Made by a program: the position numbers and the translations under genes
Notes under the pieces: model-generated
The model's input: the letters and a program-made list of their open reading frames with translations, nothing else
The model's database searches: none
Told to the model about the DNA's origin: nothing
Shown: piece by piece, positions 39,050-50,183 of the stretch
Numbering within the stretch: position 1 is the first letter of the stretch
How the letters are laid out: the number at the start of each line of letters is the position of its first letter
NCBI GenBank assembly: GCA_963804645.1
Contig: CAWDRG010000009.1
Location: 736,001 to 800,000, forward strand
From: an uncultured Bacillota bacterium
GTDB lineage: Bacteria; Sysuimicrobiota; Sysuimicrobiia; Sysuimicrobiales; Segetimicrobiaceae
Length of the DNA: 64,000 nucleotides
Direction: 5' to 3'

Positions 39050-39338
39050 GCCTGCCACTTAACGCGAGAACGCCTGGTCGGCCAACACGGCGAAGCGGTC
39101 GCGCGCGGGTGGGTCGCCCTATCCATGGCCGTGTCTCCTGTTGTGGGTATTTGTCCCTTATTGGGCTGTACGGCTTGGGCGCACCCTGATTGGGACCGCG
39201 TCGGTTGCGCTTGAGTCCCGACTCGGATCTCAGTAAATGTCTTCTCGAAGACCTGCTAGAGTCGTTCGAAGCCGCGACGTGCCAATCTCTTATTGTTGCT
39301 GGTCCGGATCTCTTGTATACTGACACCTGGCTCGACGA

Positions 39339-39413
39339 GCCGGCGTAGCTCAGCGGTAGAGCAGCTCATTCGTAATGAGCAGGTCATCGGTTCAAATCCG
39401 ATCGCCGGCTCCA
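39339..39413 (+). tRNA. tRNA-Thr(CGT)
   Basis: GCCGGCG acceptor pairs with CGCCGGC; anticodon arm GCTCA-TTCGTAA-TGAGC; GGTTCAAATCC T-arm; encoded CCA. Confidence 0.97.
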
Positions 39414-39552
39414 CGTATTTCCCGTAGATTCCGCGTTTTCTGCACCGCTTCCGAGGCTTCGCCGAGCCACGTTCGCGTGAGATCTTGAGAATACATTGCT
39501 TCTCCCAACCGGACAGTGGTATCGTCAAAGCAACACCCCCCAGGAGGACATC

Positions 39553-40041
39553 GTGAAGCTTCTGATCATACGCCACGCGATTGCCGTCGCTCGGGACACG
39601 GCGCAGGTGCCGGACGAGGATCGTCCGCTCACCGAATACGGGAAGCGACGCTTCAAAACGGCGGCGCGCGGTTTGGTCCGAATCTGCGGGCGTCCAGACC
39701 TGCTGCTGACGAGCCCGCTCCTCCGTGCCGTAGCCACGGCTGAGATAGTCGCCGAAGCATGGGGCGGGATCACCCCGACCCATGAACCAATTCTCGCCCA
39801 CGGCAGCCCGCAGGACCTCATCAACGTACTGTCGCAGCATACGGCACACCAGAAGATCGCCATCGTGGGGCACGAACCGTTGCTTTCGGGGTTGCTGGCC
39901 CGGTTGTTGGGTAGCGGGGAGCACCGAAGCCTTACCCTTCGAAAAGGCGGGGTCGCCCTCGTCGACATACCAGGCCCGCCCTCGGAGGGAGGACGACTCG
40001 ACTGGTTGCTGCGTCCGAGGATCCTCCGCGAGCTCGCATAG
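39553..40041 (+). CDS. sixA: SixA-type phosphohistidine phosphatase
   Basis: IRHAIA, DEDRPLT, TSPLLRA..TA, VGHEP; AGGAGG RBS. Confidence 0.9.
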   Translation: MKLLIIRHAIAVARDTAQVPDEDRPLTEYGKRRFKTAARGLVRICGRPDLLLTSPLLRAVATAEIVAEAWGGITPTHEPILAHGSPQDLINVLSQHTAHQKIAIVGHEPLLSGLLARLLGSGEHRSLTLRKGGVALVDIPGPPSEGGRLDWLLRPRILRELA

Positions 40042-40129
40042 ACCTCTGCAGCGTACCGCTGCGCGCTCGTGCACCTTCCCGGCGCTTCCTTTGCTGAAAA
40101 GACAACCTGGACTTTGTCGGGATACTGTC

Positions 40130-40185
40130 AGAGCAGCGCACTCAGAAGGCGCGGGTCACGAGTTCGAATCTCGTCGGCGGCTCTA
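40130..40185 (+). repeat. Degenerate tRNA-Thr 3' remnant R1 (att-like)
   Basis: AGAGCA GCGCA CTCAGAA GGCGC GGGTC ACGAG TTCGAAT CTCGT CGGCGGC TCTA is collinear with the tRNA 3' portion. Confidence 0.85.
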
Positions 40186-40732
40186 GTGTTTAGCAAGGGT
40201 TTCCGCACGTTCCATCCAGCCGTCCCCCGCGCTTTGCGTAATCTTACTAATCCGCGCGTCGGAGCCCGACCCCAGCATCCGTTCAGCCACGAGTGCTGCC
40301 GGCCGTGCATCTGCTGGTGATGTGGGCGCCACCGGATCCACGGACCGAGCGTCCATTCGGGACTGCTGGACCCGTCCGTCGGGTGTTCATCGCCTGTGGA
40401 TGTTGAGCAGTGCCAGTGTGCTCGATGCGGCCGGCACCTGCGAACACCTTCGCACCAGAACCGTCGGGCGCGGTGAGCCGTGGTCGGTCACGGCGCGCAC
40501 GCTCGAAGTGCGCGCCGGCGACGGGCTGGCGCCCGATGCCGTGCAGGCGCTGCGGCGGACCGTCCACAAGGAATAGGTTCTGAGATGGGGCCAGACCATC
40601 GAGTGTGCAACTCTGCACAGTGGGCCAATTCGTGCCGTGCTACACTCAACACAAAGGGGTGCTTGCTGAATCGGCAGGCGGTACCTCTTGCGTCAGCCGA
40701 CGAATCTCAGAGAGGGAAAGGGAGGAACGGCC

Positions 40733-40966
40733 ATGGCGCTCGACAACGATCGGAACCGTGTGTTGGCCTCGCTACGAGATCGATCGGAAAGCGTCGACTG
40801 CGCTGCTTTGGCCCAGATCGTTGGGCTCGCCCAACAAGCGGTGGAGCGTCATGTCCTCTACTGCGCGGACTACGGTCTGGCCACATGGAAGCGGCAGCGC
40901 GATGGCTTGGGGCGGGTGGCGATTACTGCCAGGGGCCTCGACTATTTGGGCCGGCAGAGCCTGTAG
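40733..40966 (+). CDS. Small winged-HTH-like protein (77 aa)
   Basis: GGAGG RBS; LAQIVGL..QAVERHV..C..YGL, AITARGLDYL pattern. Confidence 0.7.
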   Translation: MALDNDRNRVLASLRDRSESVDCAALAQIVGLAQQAVERHVLYCADYGLATWKRQRDGLGRVAITARGLDYLGRQSL

Positions 40967-41713
40967 GACGCCCGATCGGATGCCCATCGAACTTGGTGGC
41001 GCGTTCGGTCACCCACATCCATGTTCACCGCGCCTTTACGCAAATCATGGACATCTGGCCTTAGGACACAATCTGTGGCGAGGTGCCCCGTGGGCAAATA
41101 CATCCGGGCGAAGTCTGGGTTACCGTGGCCCGTGAGCGGAACGTATGTCTGCGATAAGTGCCACGCGCGCACACGAGCCGCATCGGTGTCATCGCACCGC
41201 GATGTCCCACCCCTCGTGGAGACCAGCGTGCGTGTAATTGTGCCTACTTCGTGTTGAGTGAAGATGCTCGCCGCCAAGATGACACGTCGCAAAGCCTCAA
41301 GGTGACTGCATCACGTGATGCGGCGCCACCGATGCCCGGTACTGTCCTGATAGGATACTTCCCAACGAAGCACGTGCGTCGCGTCGTCAAGGGAGGCAAG
41401 CAAGCACTCCACGCCTGAACCGCCAGTGCCACCGCTGCCGTGGTAGCGGATACAGCGGACGGCAGCATACGAACAAGACGCAGCCGCCGGTAACGTAGAT
41501 CCAGCACCAATCTGAGCTTACATCTTGGCGTGTGCCTCTGGAGTGAGCGAGATGTCGTCCACGACCATGCGTATCGAGGACTACGGACAATAAGCGTCTC
41601 TACACACACCAGTTGGCAGACGTTTGCTCGCCGAGTCGATGGTCTAAGATTAGGGGCGGTTCAATCGGGCAAGGTTATGCGGGCCGCGAGGCGCTGCGCG
41701 GGAGGGACCGTTG

Positions 41714-42754
41714 ATGAAAGCTGTGAGGAAGCTCGCTCCCGGATTTGGACATGTGGATTATGTTGACGTTGCGAAACCGGAACTTACACGTGGATATGTG
41801 ACGTTGCAGGTGGAGGCAGCCGGGATCTGTGGTACGGACCTGCATATTCACGATGGCGAGTATGCAAGTCAGCCACCTGTCACGATGGGTCACGAGGTAT
41901 CTGGAACCGTATTCGAAGTCGGTGAAGGGGTGACTGGATGGCGGCCGGGCGATCGTGTCACCACAGAGACTTTCTTTTCCGTGTGCGGCCGATGCCGATA
42001 CTGTCGAGGTGGGCAGCCCAATCTCTGCCCGGAGCGCCACTCGATCGGATCTGGGGCCAATGGAGGGTTTGCAAGGTACCTTATGGTGCCCGCGAGTAAC
42101 CTTCACTTGCTTCCCAATGAAGTGTCATTTGCGGCGGGGGCTCTCACGGAACCCCTCGCTTGCTGCGTGCATGCCGTTCAACGCGCGGGCGTTGTTGTTG
42201 GGGATGTGGTTCTCGTCTCAGGCCCTGGCCCGATTGGACTCCTATGCGTGCAACTCGCCCGTATCGCAGGGGCGCACGTGGTCGTTACGGGAACCGACGC
42301 GGATGCGATCCGGTTGAAAAAGGCCGCCGCTTTAGGAGCGCACACGGTGCTGAACACTCAGCATGACCCCGAGAAACTCAGGCCCGTAGTTGGGGAACTC
42401 ACGGATGGGGCCGGGTTTGATGTCGTGATGGAGTGCGCCGGCGCACCGGCGTCAGCAGCCAGTTGTCTCGCCTTCGTACGCCGTGGCGGCCGCTACGCGC
42501 AGCTGGGTCTCTACGGAAAAACGATCCCGATTGACCTCGACGCAGTGTGTTTCAAGGAGCTGACGGCCACAGGGACATTTGCTCAAATTCCGTCGGCGTG
42601 GCAGACGGCGATAAGGCTGATGGCTTCGGGCCAAGTAAGCACGGAATCCTTGATTTCCGAAATGGTCCCGCTATCACAGTGGGACAGGGCATTCGACAGT
42701 CTCCGTCGGAAGAACGCGATCAAGATCTGCCTCTTCCCAGACGCTGACAATTGA
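41714..42754 (+). CDS. Zinc-dependent alcohol/polyol dehydrogenase (MDR)
   Basis: GICGTD, GHE, CGRCRYC..C structural Zn site, GPGPIG. Confidence 0.94.
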   Translation: MKAVRKLAPGFGHVDYVDVAKPELTRGYVTLQVEAAGICGTDLHIHDGEYASQPPVTMGHEVSGTVFEVGEGVTGWRPGDRVTTETFFSVCGRCRYCRGGQPNLCPERHSIGSGANGGFARYLMVPASNLHLLPNEVSFAAGALTEPLACCVHAVQRAGVVVGDVVLVSGPGPIGLLCVQLARIAGAHVVVTGTDADAIRLKKAAALGAHTVLNTQHDPEKLRPVVGELTDGAGFDVVMECAGAPASAASCLAFVRRGGRYAQLGLYGKTIPIDLDAVCFKELTATGTFAQIPSAWQTAIRLMASGQVSTESLISEMVPLSQWDRAFDSLRRKNAIKICLFPDADN

Positions 42755-42872
42755 GCGGTCCACCCGGCGTCGTGGCGCCATAGATCCTTGTCCGAGTCCA
42801 GAGTGACGTGCTGATTCCGTGAATCTCGCGGGCGACCTCTCTACATCGCACGTCAGATGGGGCGGTTGTGGG

Positions 42873-42908
42873 AGATTCCCCGAAAACGCACTCGGAATAC
42901 GCACGCCA
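42873..42908 (+). repeat. tRNA-anticodon-arm remnant R2 (direct repeat of R4)
   Basis: AGATTCCCCGAAAACGCACTCGGAATACGCACGCCA; 32/36 identical to 53932-53967. Confidence 0.75.
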
Positions 42909-43234
42909 GTGGCCGGATCTCCATGTCCACTCCGGATTTCCGCACCAAGCTGACGGATTCCGCTCGGGACTCCTTCGTATACGGTGGTCGTGTCTTCCCC
43001 ACGGTGTCGCCCACTTCTCGCGATCGAGACGCGGGATCTCGACTCGGCGTGCCACCACCTCAAGATGCTTCGCGACAGTGCCCCGCCGCGCCACCAGTCG
43101 GGCGGGCTCTGAGTTCCGGAATGCGCCGCGGCACGGCGCCGACGGGTCGCGCAGAGACGCCGCTCCACCGGCAGGATCGTTCTTACGCGCCTCCGAAGGG
43201 TGCCCACGCCGACGGGCTGAATCGGGGAGGCGGT

Positions 43235-44614
43235 ATGTTCGATCTGGTGATTCGGGGCGGCACCCTCGTCACGGCGGGGCAGACCGGCGTGGCCGACGTT
43301 GGCATTGAAGAGCAGCATGTGGTGCAGATTGGCGGCGAGATGCGCGGACGGCGGGAGATCGCCGCGGCGGGCCTGTACGTATTTCCTGGCGGTGTCGACG
43401 CGCACGTGCACCTGAGCCAGCCCGCGCCGCCCGCGCCCGGGCGTGAGTTGTGGGTAGATGACTTCTTCAGCGGCTCCCTCGCCGCGATCGCTGGCGGGGT
43501 GACCACCGTTGGCAACATGACGTTCCAGTGGCCGGGCGAAACCCTCGTGGACGCCCTCGAGCGGGATCTCAAGGCGGCCGCCCGCGAAGCCGCGGTGGAT
43601 GTCATTCTGCACCCGGTTCTCACGGAACCAACCGACGCCGTGATCGCCCAGATCCCCGCGCTCGCGGATTCCGGCCACACGAGCCTTAAGATCTTCATGA
43701 CCCGCTCCAACTTCGAGCCCCAGCTTGAGCGGTATCTCGAGGCGATGCGCCAGGCCGGGATGGCGAAGATGCTGACCCTGGTGCACTGTGAGGATGGGGC
43801 GGTGATGCGGTTCGTCCACCAGCGGCTCGCGGCCGAGGGGCGCGATGCTGTCCGCTACTATCCGGACAGCCGGCCGGTGTACACCGAGGCGAGCGCGACG
43901 GAACGTGCGATCGCGATGGCCCAGGCAGCAGGCGCTCCGATCTACGTCGTGCACCTTTCATCGGCGGCGGCGCTCGCACACTGCAGACGCGCCCGCGCCG
44001 CGGGCGAGCGGGTGTACGTCGAGACGCGGCCACTCTACCTATACCTGACGCGGGAGCGGTTCGAGGAGCCGGATGGCGCGAAGTACGTGGGCGCCCCGGC
44101 CCTTCGGGAGCCGGCCGACGTGGCGGCGCTCTGGGGCGGCCTCGAAAGCGGCGACATTCAGTGCGTCTGCACCGATCATGCACCGTGGAACCTTCGCCAG
44201 AAGCTCGACCCCACGCTGACCGTCGCGAACGCGCGACAGGGGGTCGCGGACCTCGAAACCCTGATGCCGATGCTGTTTTCGGAGGGGGTCGTGAAGCGGG
44301 GCCTGTCCCTCAGCCGGTTCGTGGAGCTCACGAGCACGAACGCCGCCAAACTCTTCGGCCTGTACCCGCAGAAAGGCACGATCGCCGTCGGCGCCGACGC
44401 CGATCTCGTGGTATGGGACGCCAAGCAGCGCCGCAGGATCGACGGTGCGTTGATGCAGTCCCGTGCGGGTTATTCCGTGTACGACGGGCTCGATGTGCAG
44501 GGATGGCCAGCGTACACGATCAGCAGGGGAGAAGTCGTGCTGGACCATGGAACCATCTCTGCGCCGCGGGGCCGCGGCCGGTGGGTGAGGCGGGGCCCGA
44601 CAGCAGCGCTCTAA
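43235..44614 (+). CDS. hydA: Dihydropyrimidinase / D-hydantoinase
   Basis: MFDLVIRGG, GGVDAHVH, SLKIF, VHCED, VVHLSS, TDHAP, KGTIAVGADAD. Confidence 0.9.
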   Translation: MFDLVIRGGTLVTAGQTGVADVGIEEQHVVQIGGEMRGRREIAAAGLYVFPGGVDAHVHLSQPAPPAPGRELWVDDFFSGSLAAIAGGVTTVGNMTFQWPGETLVDALERDLKAAAREAAVDVILHPVLTEPTDAVIAQIPALADSGHTSLKIFMTRSNFEPQLERYLEAMRQAGMAKMLTLVHCEDGAVMRFVHQRLAAEGRDAVRYYPDSRPVYTEASATERAIAMAQAAGAPIYVVHLSSAAALAHCRRARAAGERVYVETRPLYLYLTRERFEEPDGAKYVGAPALREPADVAALWGGLESGDIQCVCTDHAPWNLRQKLDPTLTVANARQGVADLETLMPMLFSEGVVKRGLSLSRFVELTSTNAAKLFGLYPQKGTIAVGADADLVVWDAKQRRRIDGALMQSRAGYSVYDGLDVQGWPAYTISRGEVVLDHGTISAPRGRGRWVRRGPTAAL

Positions 44615-45011
44615 CCGCCTCGACCACGGCCTATTGCTGGTGCCCGGCTCCCCGGGGACAGATTGGATAGAGCGAATTTAGGTTTGCACACTCAACCCAT
44701 GGTGGTCCGTGTATCTTTGGCGTTTGGTCCACGTCGGCCACCGTCAGCGGTTGTCCGAGTCCACCCGAGGAATTCTCACAGGAGGTAGAGTTGTTACTGG
44801 CCTCTCGGGATCGTGGTGGGAAGCCATCGCCAGTCTTGTGTGTTACTCGGCACTCTTCACAAAGGTCCGTTCTCGTATTTGGCTCGACTCGTGTATCGAA
44901 GGAGTTCGGGAAATCGAACAGAAACTCCAGACCACTTGTTTCCAACGACGATTCTAATGGGTTCCCATTCCGGCGCGGTGGGCATCCAATGCGCGTAAAG
45001 AGGGGGAGTGC

Positions 45012-46553
45012 ATGCGGATGCGGGCGGTGGTGACGGCGTGCCTGGTCGTGGCGCTGGTGGTTGGGCTCGGCGCAGCTAATGGCGTGCTTGCACGGACATC
45101 GGATACCGTTACCATCGCGCAGGGAGCCGACATTTCGAACGGGGATCCGCATCGGACAGGTTTGACCACAGACTTCAACGTCCTTGCCAATATCTATGAG
45201 ACACTTGTGAGCCGCGATCCGGATTTGCATATACAACCTGGTCTCGCCGTGTCGTGGAAGGTCGTTGGTCCCACTACGTGGGAATTCAAGCTGCGGCAAG
45301 GAGTTCGCTTTCACGATGGCGAGCCGTTCAATGCGCGGGCCGTCAAGTTTTCCATCGAGAGAGGGAAAGATCCACGATTTCGCTGGGCACGGGCATTCAT
45401 GCTTGCGCCGATTCGATCCGTAACAGTGATCGATGATGACACCGTGCGCTTTGAAACAACAGGCCCGATCCCAAGCGCACTTTTCCTACAATTGCTGGCG
45501 GTAAGTAGCTTTATCGTGCCGCCGGGATATCTGGGGAAGAATGGTGACGAGGCGCTCATACGACAGCCCGTTGGCACGGGTCCGTACCGATTTGTTCGCT
45601 GGGTGAGGGACGATCATGTTGAGCTGGAGGCCAACCCGACGTACTGGGGCGGTCGTCCTCACATCGGACACGTGATAGTTCGGGATATCCCGAATGACGC
45701 CACGCGACTTTCCGAGCTTCTGGCCGGCTCCGTGGATATCATCAACCTTATCCCGCCCACGCTATTTTCGCCCATTCAGAGTTCCTCAAGGACGAAATTG
45801 GTCCAGGGCGCTAGCTTGTCGATTTTCTTCATTCACTTCAACCTGATCAACATTTCGAAGGACCGGCCACTGGCCGATCCTCGTGTCCGGCTGGCTCTCA
45901 ACTATGCCGTGGCGCGAAGACAGTTGATCACGACAATCATGCATGGTATCGGCACACCCGTGGCCACGTTCTGTGTGGCACTTCAATTTGGATGTGATAC
46001 GTCAATCCCCGTGACGTCGTACGATGTGAGCCGCGCCAAAACCCTGCTTGCCCAGGCAGGATATAGCAACGGGTTCGACATGACGATCGCGACGACTTCG
46101 GGTTCGTATCCTGGAGATCGGGATCTGACTCTCGCCGTGTCGGATCAACTCAATCTGATAGGTGTGCGTGCGCACCCAGTCATCGTCGAGTACGGCATCC
46201 TCCAAACGCAACGGGTAAACCGGAAGGTCACATGGGACGCAATTTTCACGCGCGCAACAAGTTTTTATGCCAACGCTGGCGAGCTTGGATTCTCCAATTT
46301 CAGTAGTAACGCTGAAGCTTCTCTGTGGTCACCAGCCGATCCCGAGTTTGAACAGCTGTTGACAGAAGCGCAACAGTCTTCCAACGACACCCAGGCCAAG
46401 GCGTTTTTGCGCAAGGCTCAGCTGTTGTTCCGAGACGAATCGCCGTCGATTCCCTTATTGACTTCGCCGAACGTCTATGGAATGAGTCATGATTTGCAGT
46501 GGACGCCTCGCCCGGACCTGCTTTTGACCATGGCGAGTGCGTCCTGGCAATGA
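45012..46553 (+). CDS. Family 5 ABC substrate-binding protein (no permease adjacent)
   Basis: Signal peptide; WEFKLRQGVRFHDGEPFNA, PVGTGPY, VRLALNYAV. Confidence 0.93.
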   Translation: MRMRAVVTACLVVALVVGLGAANGVLARTSDTVTIAQGADISNGDPHRTGLTTDFNVLANIYETLVSRDPDLHIQPGLAVSWKVVGPTTWEFKLRQGVRFHDGEPFNARAVKFSIERGKDPRFRWARAFMLAPIRSVTVIDDDTVRFETTGPIPSALFLQLLAVSSFIVPPGYLGKNGDEALIRQPVGTGPYRFVRWVRDDHVELEANPTYWGGRPHIGHVIVRDIPNDATRLSELLAGSVDIINLIPPTLFSPIQSSSRTKLVQGASLSIFFIHFNLINISKDRPLADPRVRLALNYAVARRQLITTIMHGIGTPVATFCVALQFGCDTSIPVTSYDVSRAKTLLAQAGYSNGFDMTIATTSGSYPGDRDLTLAVSDQLNLIGVRAHPVIVEYGILQTQRVNRKVTWDAIFTRATSFYANAGELGFSNFSSNAEASLWSPADPEFEQLLTEAQQSSNDTQAKAFLRKAQLLFRDESPSIPLLTSPNVYGMSHDLQWTPRPDLLLTMASASWQ

Positions 46554-46818
46554 CCCTCATGCGGGGAGACTGTGCTAGTTGGCGCAACTGCGCACGAGTG
46601 GTTTTCACGAATGTACGCGAGGCGCGTCCGCGTCGCCGAGCGGTTGTCCGATGTCGACCGGATCCGTTTATTCGTCGGAAGGTGTGCCACCTTGGTTAAG
46701 CGGGGCGCACAGTGACGGTAAACGTCAGCTCCCGCTCTACGGAGAACATGGGGGCCCGCTAGCACCGGGACGCCCTTCGCGAACGCACCTGTTTTCGCTA
46801 CGTTGGGGGTGGTGTGTT

Positions 46819-48588
46819 GTGGTCACAGGTGCCGAGACGATTTACGGAGCCAAGGGATGGTCCGTGCGTGATCGGATGTCCCGCCCGCTTATCATGGGGT
46901 TGCGAGGGATGGTTTCCGCGGGTCACTATCACGCGGCCTTTGCGGGAATGCGTGTTCTTGCCGCTGGGGGCAACGCGGTCGATGCCGGGGTGGCTGCCGG
47001 TCTCGTGCTCAACGTCGTACATAATGACATGTGCAGTCTTTCAGGCGTTGCCCCGATCATGCTCTATCACGCTCAGACACAGACACTCACGACGATCGCC
47101 GGAGTGGGCGTGTGGCCCGAGGCGGCGACGCTCGAATATTTCCTAAACGAGAAGCAAGGCACCATTCCGGATGATCTTACTCGTTGCGTGGTGCCAGCCG
47201 CCGCCGCCGCTTGGTTACTCGCATTACGAAACTACGGCACGATGCGATTTGGTGAGGTGGCTGCCGATGCGATCAGTTTGGCAGCCGAAGGATTCCCAGT
47301 GTATCATTTCATGGCCCGCAGTATTCAGACGAATGTCGCGGGATACCGGAAGTATCCAGTGAATCGCGAGGTCTACCTCCGTGATGGTAACGCGCCCGAG
47401 GTCGGTAGCGTCATCGTACAGCGGGATCTTGCGGCGACACTTCGCGCGATGGCGGAGGTGGAAGAGCGCGCCCACGTCGGCGGACGGGAGCGGGCGCTAG
47501 ACGCGGTCCGGGACTACTTCTACCGTGGGCCCATCGCCAAGGCGATGGTAAAGTTCTCGCAGGACCACGGTGGGTTATTCGCGCAAGAGGACTTCGAGAC
47601 GTTTGCGGTCCGCGAGGAACCGCCACAACAAGTGCGCTACTGCGGGGACCAAGTGTACGGCTGCGGTCCTTGGAGCCAGGGGCCCACACTCCTGATGGCG
47701 CTCGGAATCCTTGACGGCGTGCCACTCGGGGCGTACTCACACAACGGTCCCGACGCCGTCCATCACATCGTCGAGGCACTCAAACTGGCGTTCTCCGACC
47801 GCGAGCGCTACTGTGGTGACCCGCGCTTCGTGGACGTGCCGATTGACCACCTGCTGTCGGCGGCCTATCTAGCCGAACGGCGAGGAAGGATCGACCCCTC
47901 GCGCGCGTGGCCCGAGATGCCGCCCTCTGGCGACATTCCAGGATTCCCAAGTTTCGCAACGGAGGCGCCGCCATCCACGACAGCCGCTACCGCGACTGAC
48001 GATCTCGTGGGGACGTCGTACCTTGCTGTTATGGATCGGCATGGCAACGCATTTTCCGCCACGCCGAGCGATGGCTACGCCACCGGGCCGGTCATTCCGG
48101 GGCTGGGACTCCACATCTCTGACCGTGGAACTCAGGCGAGCTTAGATCCCGGTAGCCCGAACGTAATTGTCCCTGGAAAGCGGCCGCGGCTTACGCCCAA
48201 CCCCGCGATGGTGTTCCGGAACGGTGTGCCCTTCATCGCATTTGGCACGCCGGGCAACGACCGGCAACCCCAGGCAATGGTCCAGGTCCTGAGCAACATG
48301 CTGCGCTGGGGTATGAATCCCCAAGAGGCGGTCGAGCAAGCGCGTGTCGCTTCCTACTCTTTTCCGTCATCGACCTATCCCAACAAGTACGAACCTGGCA
48401 TGCTTCGAATCGAAGGTGGGGTGCCCGACGCGACCGTCGTAGAATTGCGGCGCCGCGGACACACTGTAGATCTTTGGCCGAGATGGTCGTACTCTGCCGG
48501 TGGAGTCTGCGCCGTTCGGAGAGACATCGACGGTGTCTTCACGGGAGGTGCCGATCCGCGGCGAGAAGCGTACGTAGCTGCTCTGTGA
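46819..48588 (+). CDS. ggt: Gamma-glutamyltransferase-family Ntn hydrolase
   Basis: GGNAVDAG, G|TSY cleavage site, PGKRPR, FGTPG, GGADPRR; start codon uncertain. Confidence 0.9.
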   Translation: MVTGAETIYGAKGWSVRDRMSRPLIMGLRGMVSAGHYHAAFAGMRVLAAGGNAVDAGVAAGLVLNVVHNDMCSLSGVAPIMLYHAQTQTLTTIAGVGVWPEAATLEYFLNEKQGTIPDDLTRCVVPAAAAAWLLALRNYGTMRFGEVAADAISLAAEGFPVYHFMARSIQTNVAGYRKYPVNREVYLRDGNAPEVGSVIVQRDLAATLRAMAEVEERAHVGGRERALDAVRDYFYRGPIAKAMVKFSQDHGGLFAQEDFETFAVREEPPQQVRYCGDQVYGCGPWSQGPTLLMALGILDGVPLGAYSHNGPDAVHHIVEALKLAFSDRERYCGDPRFVDVPIDHLLSAAYLAERRGRIDPSRAWPEMPPSGDIPGFPSFATEAPPSTTAATATDDLVGTSYLAVMDRHGNAFSATPSDGYATGPVIPGLGLHISDRGTQASLDPGSPNVIVPGKRPRLTPNPAMVFRNGVPFIAFGTPGNDRQPQAMVQVLSNMLRWGMNPQEAVEQARVASYSFPSSTYPNKYEPGMLRIEGGVPDATVVELRRRGHTVDLWPRWSYSAGGVCAVRRDIDGVFTGGADPRREAYVAAL

Positions 48589-48844
48589 CGATGCCGCGTA
48601 GTTGCGGGTGAGGCCGACCTCCGTGTCCCACGACAGTACGTGCAGGCCTCAACGCTGGTCTCGGTTCTGGCCTTTGGGGGACGCTGACGGTGAGACGGTC
48701 CGGACGGGCGGTCCCTTGTATTCGCAACAAGCCCTGGCATCGCGATAGCCGGCTTCCGCGGAGCTTTGAAACATGATGCCGGATGAGTGCCACGCTGCGC
48801 TTGGAATGTGCGGAGCCGCTCTCCAGCGGTTTCAAGGGTAATCT

Positions 48845-48893
48845 GCGCACTCGGAATGCGCAGGCATGAGTTCGAATCTCGTCGCTGGCTCCA
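48845..48893 (+). repeat. Degenerate tRNA-Thr 3' remnant R3 (att-like)
   Basis: GCGCA CTCGGAA TGCGC AGGC ATGAG TTCGAAT CTCGT CGCTGGC TCCA: anticodon arm, T-arm and CCA end. Confidence 0.88.
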
Positions 48894-49164
48894 AGTTTGT
48901 CAGCACCTTCTTTCGACCGCGAACTCTTCTTGCGCGGCGGATGAGGCAAGCGTGTATGTTTGCCACTGGCGAGTTTTCTTCGTGGCGCAGGAGTGTTCCT
49001 ATCGAGCAGAGTATCTGGACTGCGGCGACCGAACCGAATGGGGCGGATCTCGGTCCGCACGCTCGACGTCCTGGGCACCGGCAGCCTCATAGATGCTCAA
49101 GCCGGGCCCGGCTCGTATGACGCTCTACGAGTGAGACCTGACCTGCTTGCCGGGGGGCAATAGC

Positions 49165-49647
49165 ATGGCGCAGCGACAGGTCCCGATCGACTGGGTTGAT
49201 TTTGAAATGGCGTTCACGTCGCGCATGGACGAGTGGGCGTGTTACCTCGACCTCCGGACGGGGAAGGTGCACGTCGTCTCGACGTCGATCGATATGGGTG
49301 ACGATGGGCTGAGTGACGAGGATGAGGCCCTGAGTGAGGAGGCCATCGACGCGGGTCTCACGCAGGGATGGTTGCTTCGGATCGAACCGGTGGAATCATC
49401 CGAAGAATACGAATGGATGGTCGAGTTCACTAGCTCGATCGGCGACCCTCGGCTCCGGGAACTCCTTGAGGTTGCTCTGGATGGTCGCGGTGCCTTCCGG
49501 CGATTCAAGGACGTGCTCACGAGATGGCCTGAAGAGCGCGCGCGCTGGTTCGCGTTTCACGACGAGTGTCTACGGAACGCGATGCTGGAATGGCTAACCG
49601 CGCGCGAGATCGAGCCCATGTCGGTGCCACCAGAGAGGGCCCCGTAA
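49165..49647 (+). CDS. UPF0158-family protein
   Basis: YLDLRTGKV, EYEWMVEF, ALDGRGAFRRFKDVL, WFAF..WL. Confidence 0.85.
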   Translation: MAQRQVPIDWVDFEMAFTSRMDEWACYLDLRTGKVHVVSTSIDMGDDGLSDEDEALSEEAIDAGLTQGWLLRIEPVESSEEYEWMVEFTSSIGDPRLRELLEVALDGRGAFRRFKDVLTRWPEERARWFAFHDECLRNAMLEWLTAREIEPMSVPPERAP

Positions 49648-49698
49648 GGCGGTAGCGCAGACGCGCGGGCTTCGCGTGTGCTCGGGGGAGCGGATGCG

Positions 49699-50073
49699 GT
49701 GACCGAGTTTCATCCGGCCTGGATTGAGCAGTGTGAGGCGGCATGCGCAATTCGGACTCGGTGGGGTACCCAGAAGGCCCTTGGCAATCTGATCGGGGAG
49801 AAGCTGGTGGAGTTCATGCGGGCGGCAGAGACGGCTCCCGAGTGGCGCGAGCAACTCCCGATGTTCATCGCGGAGATCAAGCGGCTCTTTTCTCGGGAGG
49901 ACATCCGGGCGTATCTCGATAAGATCCGCCGAGTGGGGCCGCTGGGGCATGTCCTTACCGATGAACAATTCGAAGAGTTTCACGAGGCGGGGGCGATCGA
50001 AGACGACCCCATTGGTGACGCGGAGAATGTGCTTCGAGTCGAGCGGGCGCGGACGTTGCTGTTGACGGAGTGA
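49699..50073 (+). CDS. Hypothetical protein
   Basis: GGGAG RBS; WIEQCEAA..IR..G..KAL..LIGEK helical ORF collinear with its neighbours. Confidence 0.7.
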   Translation: MTEFHPAWIEQCEAACAIRTRWGTQKALGNLIGEKLVEFMRAAETAPEWREQLPMFIAEIKRLFSREDIRAYLDKIRRVGPLGHVLTDEQFEEFHEAGAIEDDPIGDAENVLRVERARTLLLTE

Positions 50074-50183
50074 GGTGGGCGCGCGACTTTTGCTCAGCTG
50101 GCGATTGCCGGCAGGGGGCCTCCGCGCCGCCCGAGTGTATCTTGTGAGTGTGTGAGCTTTGGGGGTTGAGGGGGATGGAGGCC

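Noticed and set aside
41021..41420. Short ORFs including a CxxC zinc-ribbon-like peptide (PVSGTYVCDKCH)
   Set aside because: Too short and fragmentary to call; probably decayed island cargo.
44904..44919. Palindrome GTTCG-N6-CGAAC upstream of the SBP gene as an IclR-type operator
   Set aside because: Single short copy, spacing differs from the PcaR-type site, and no cognate regulator is in the window.
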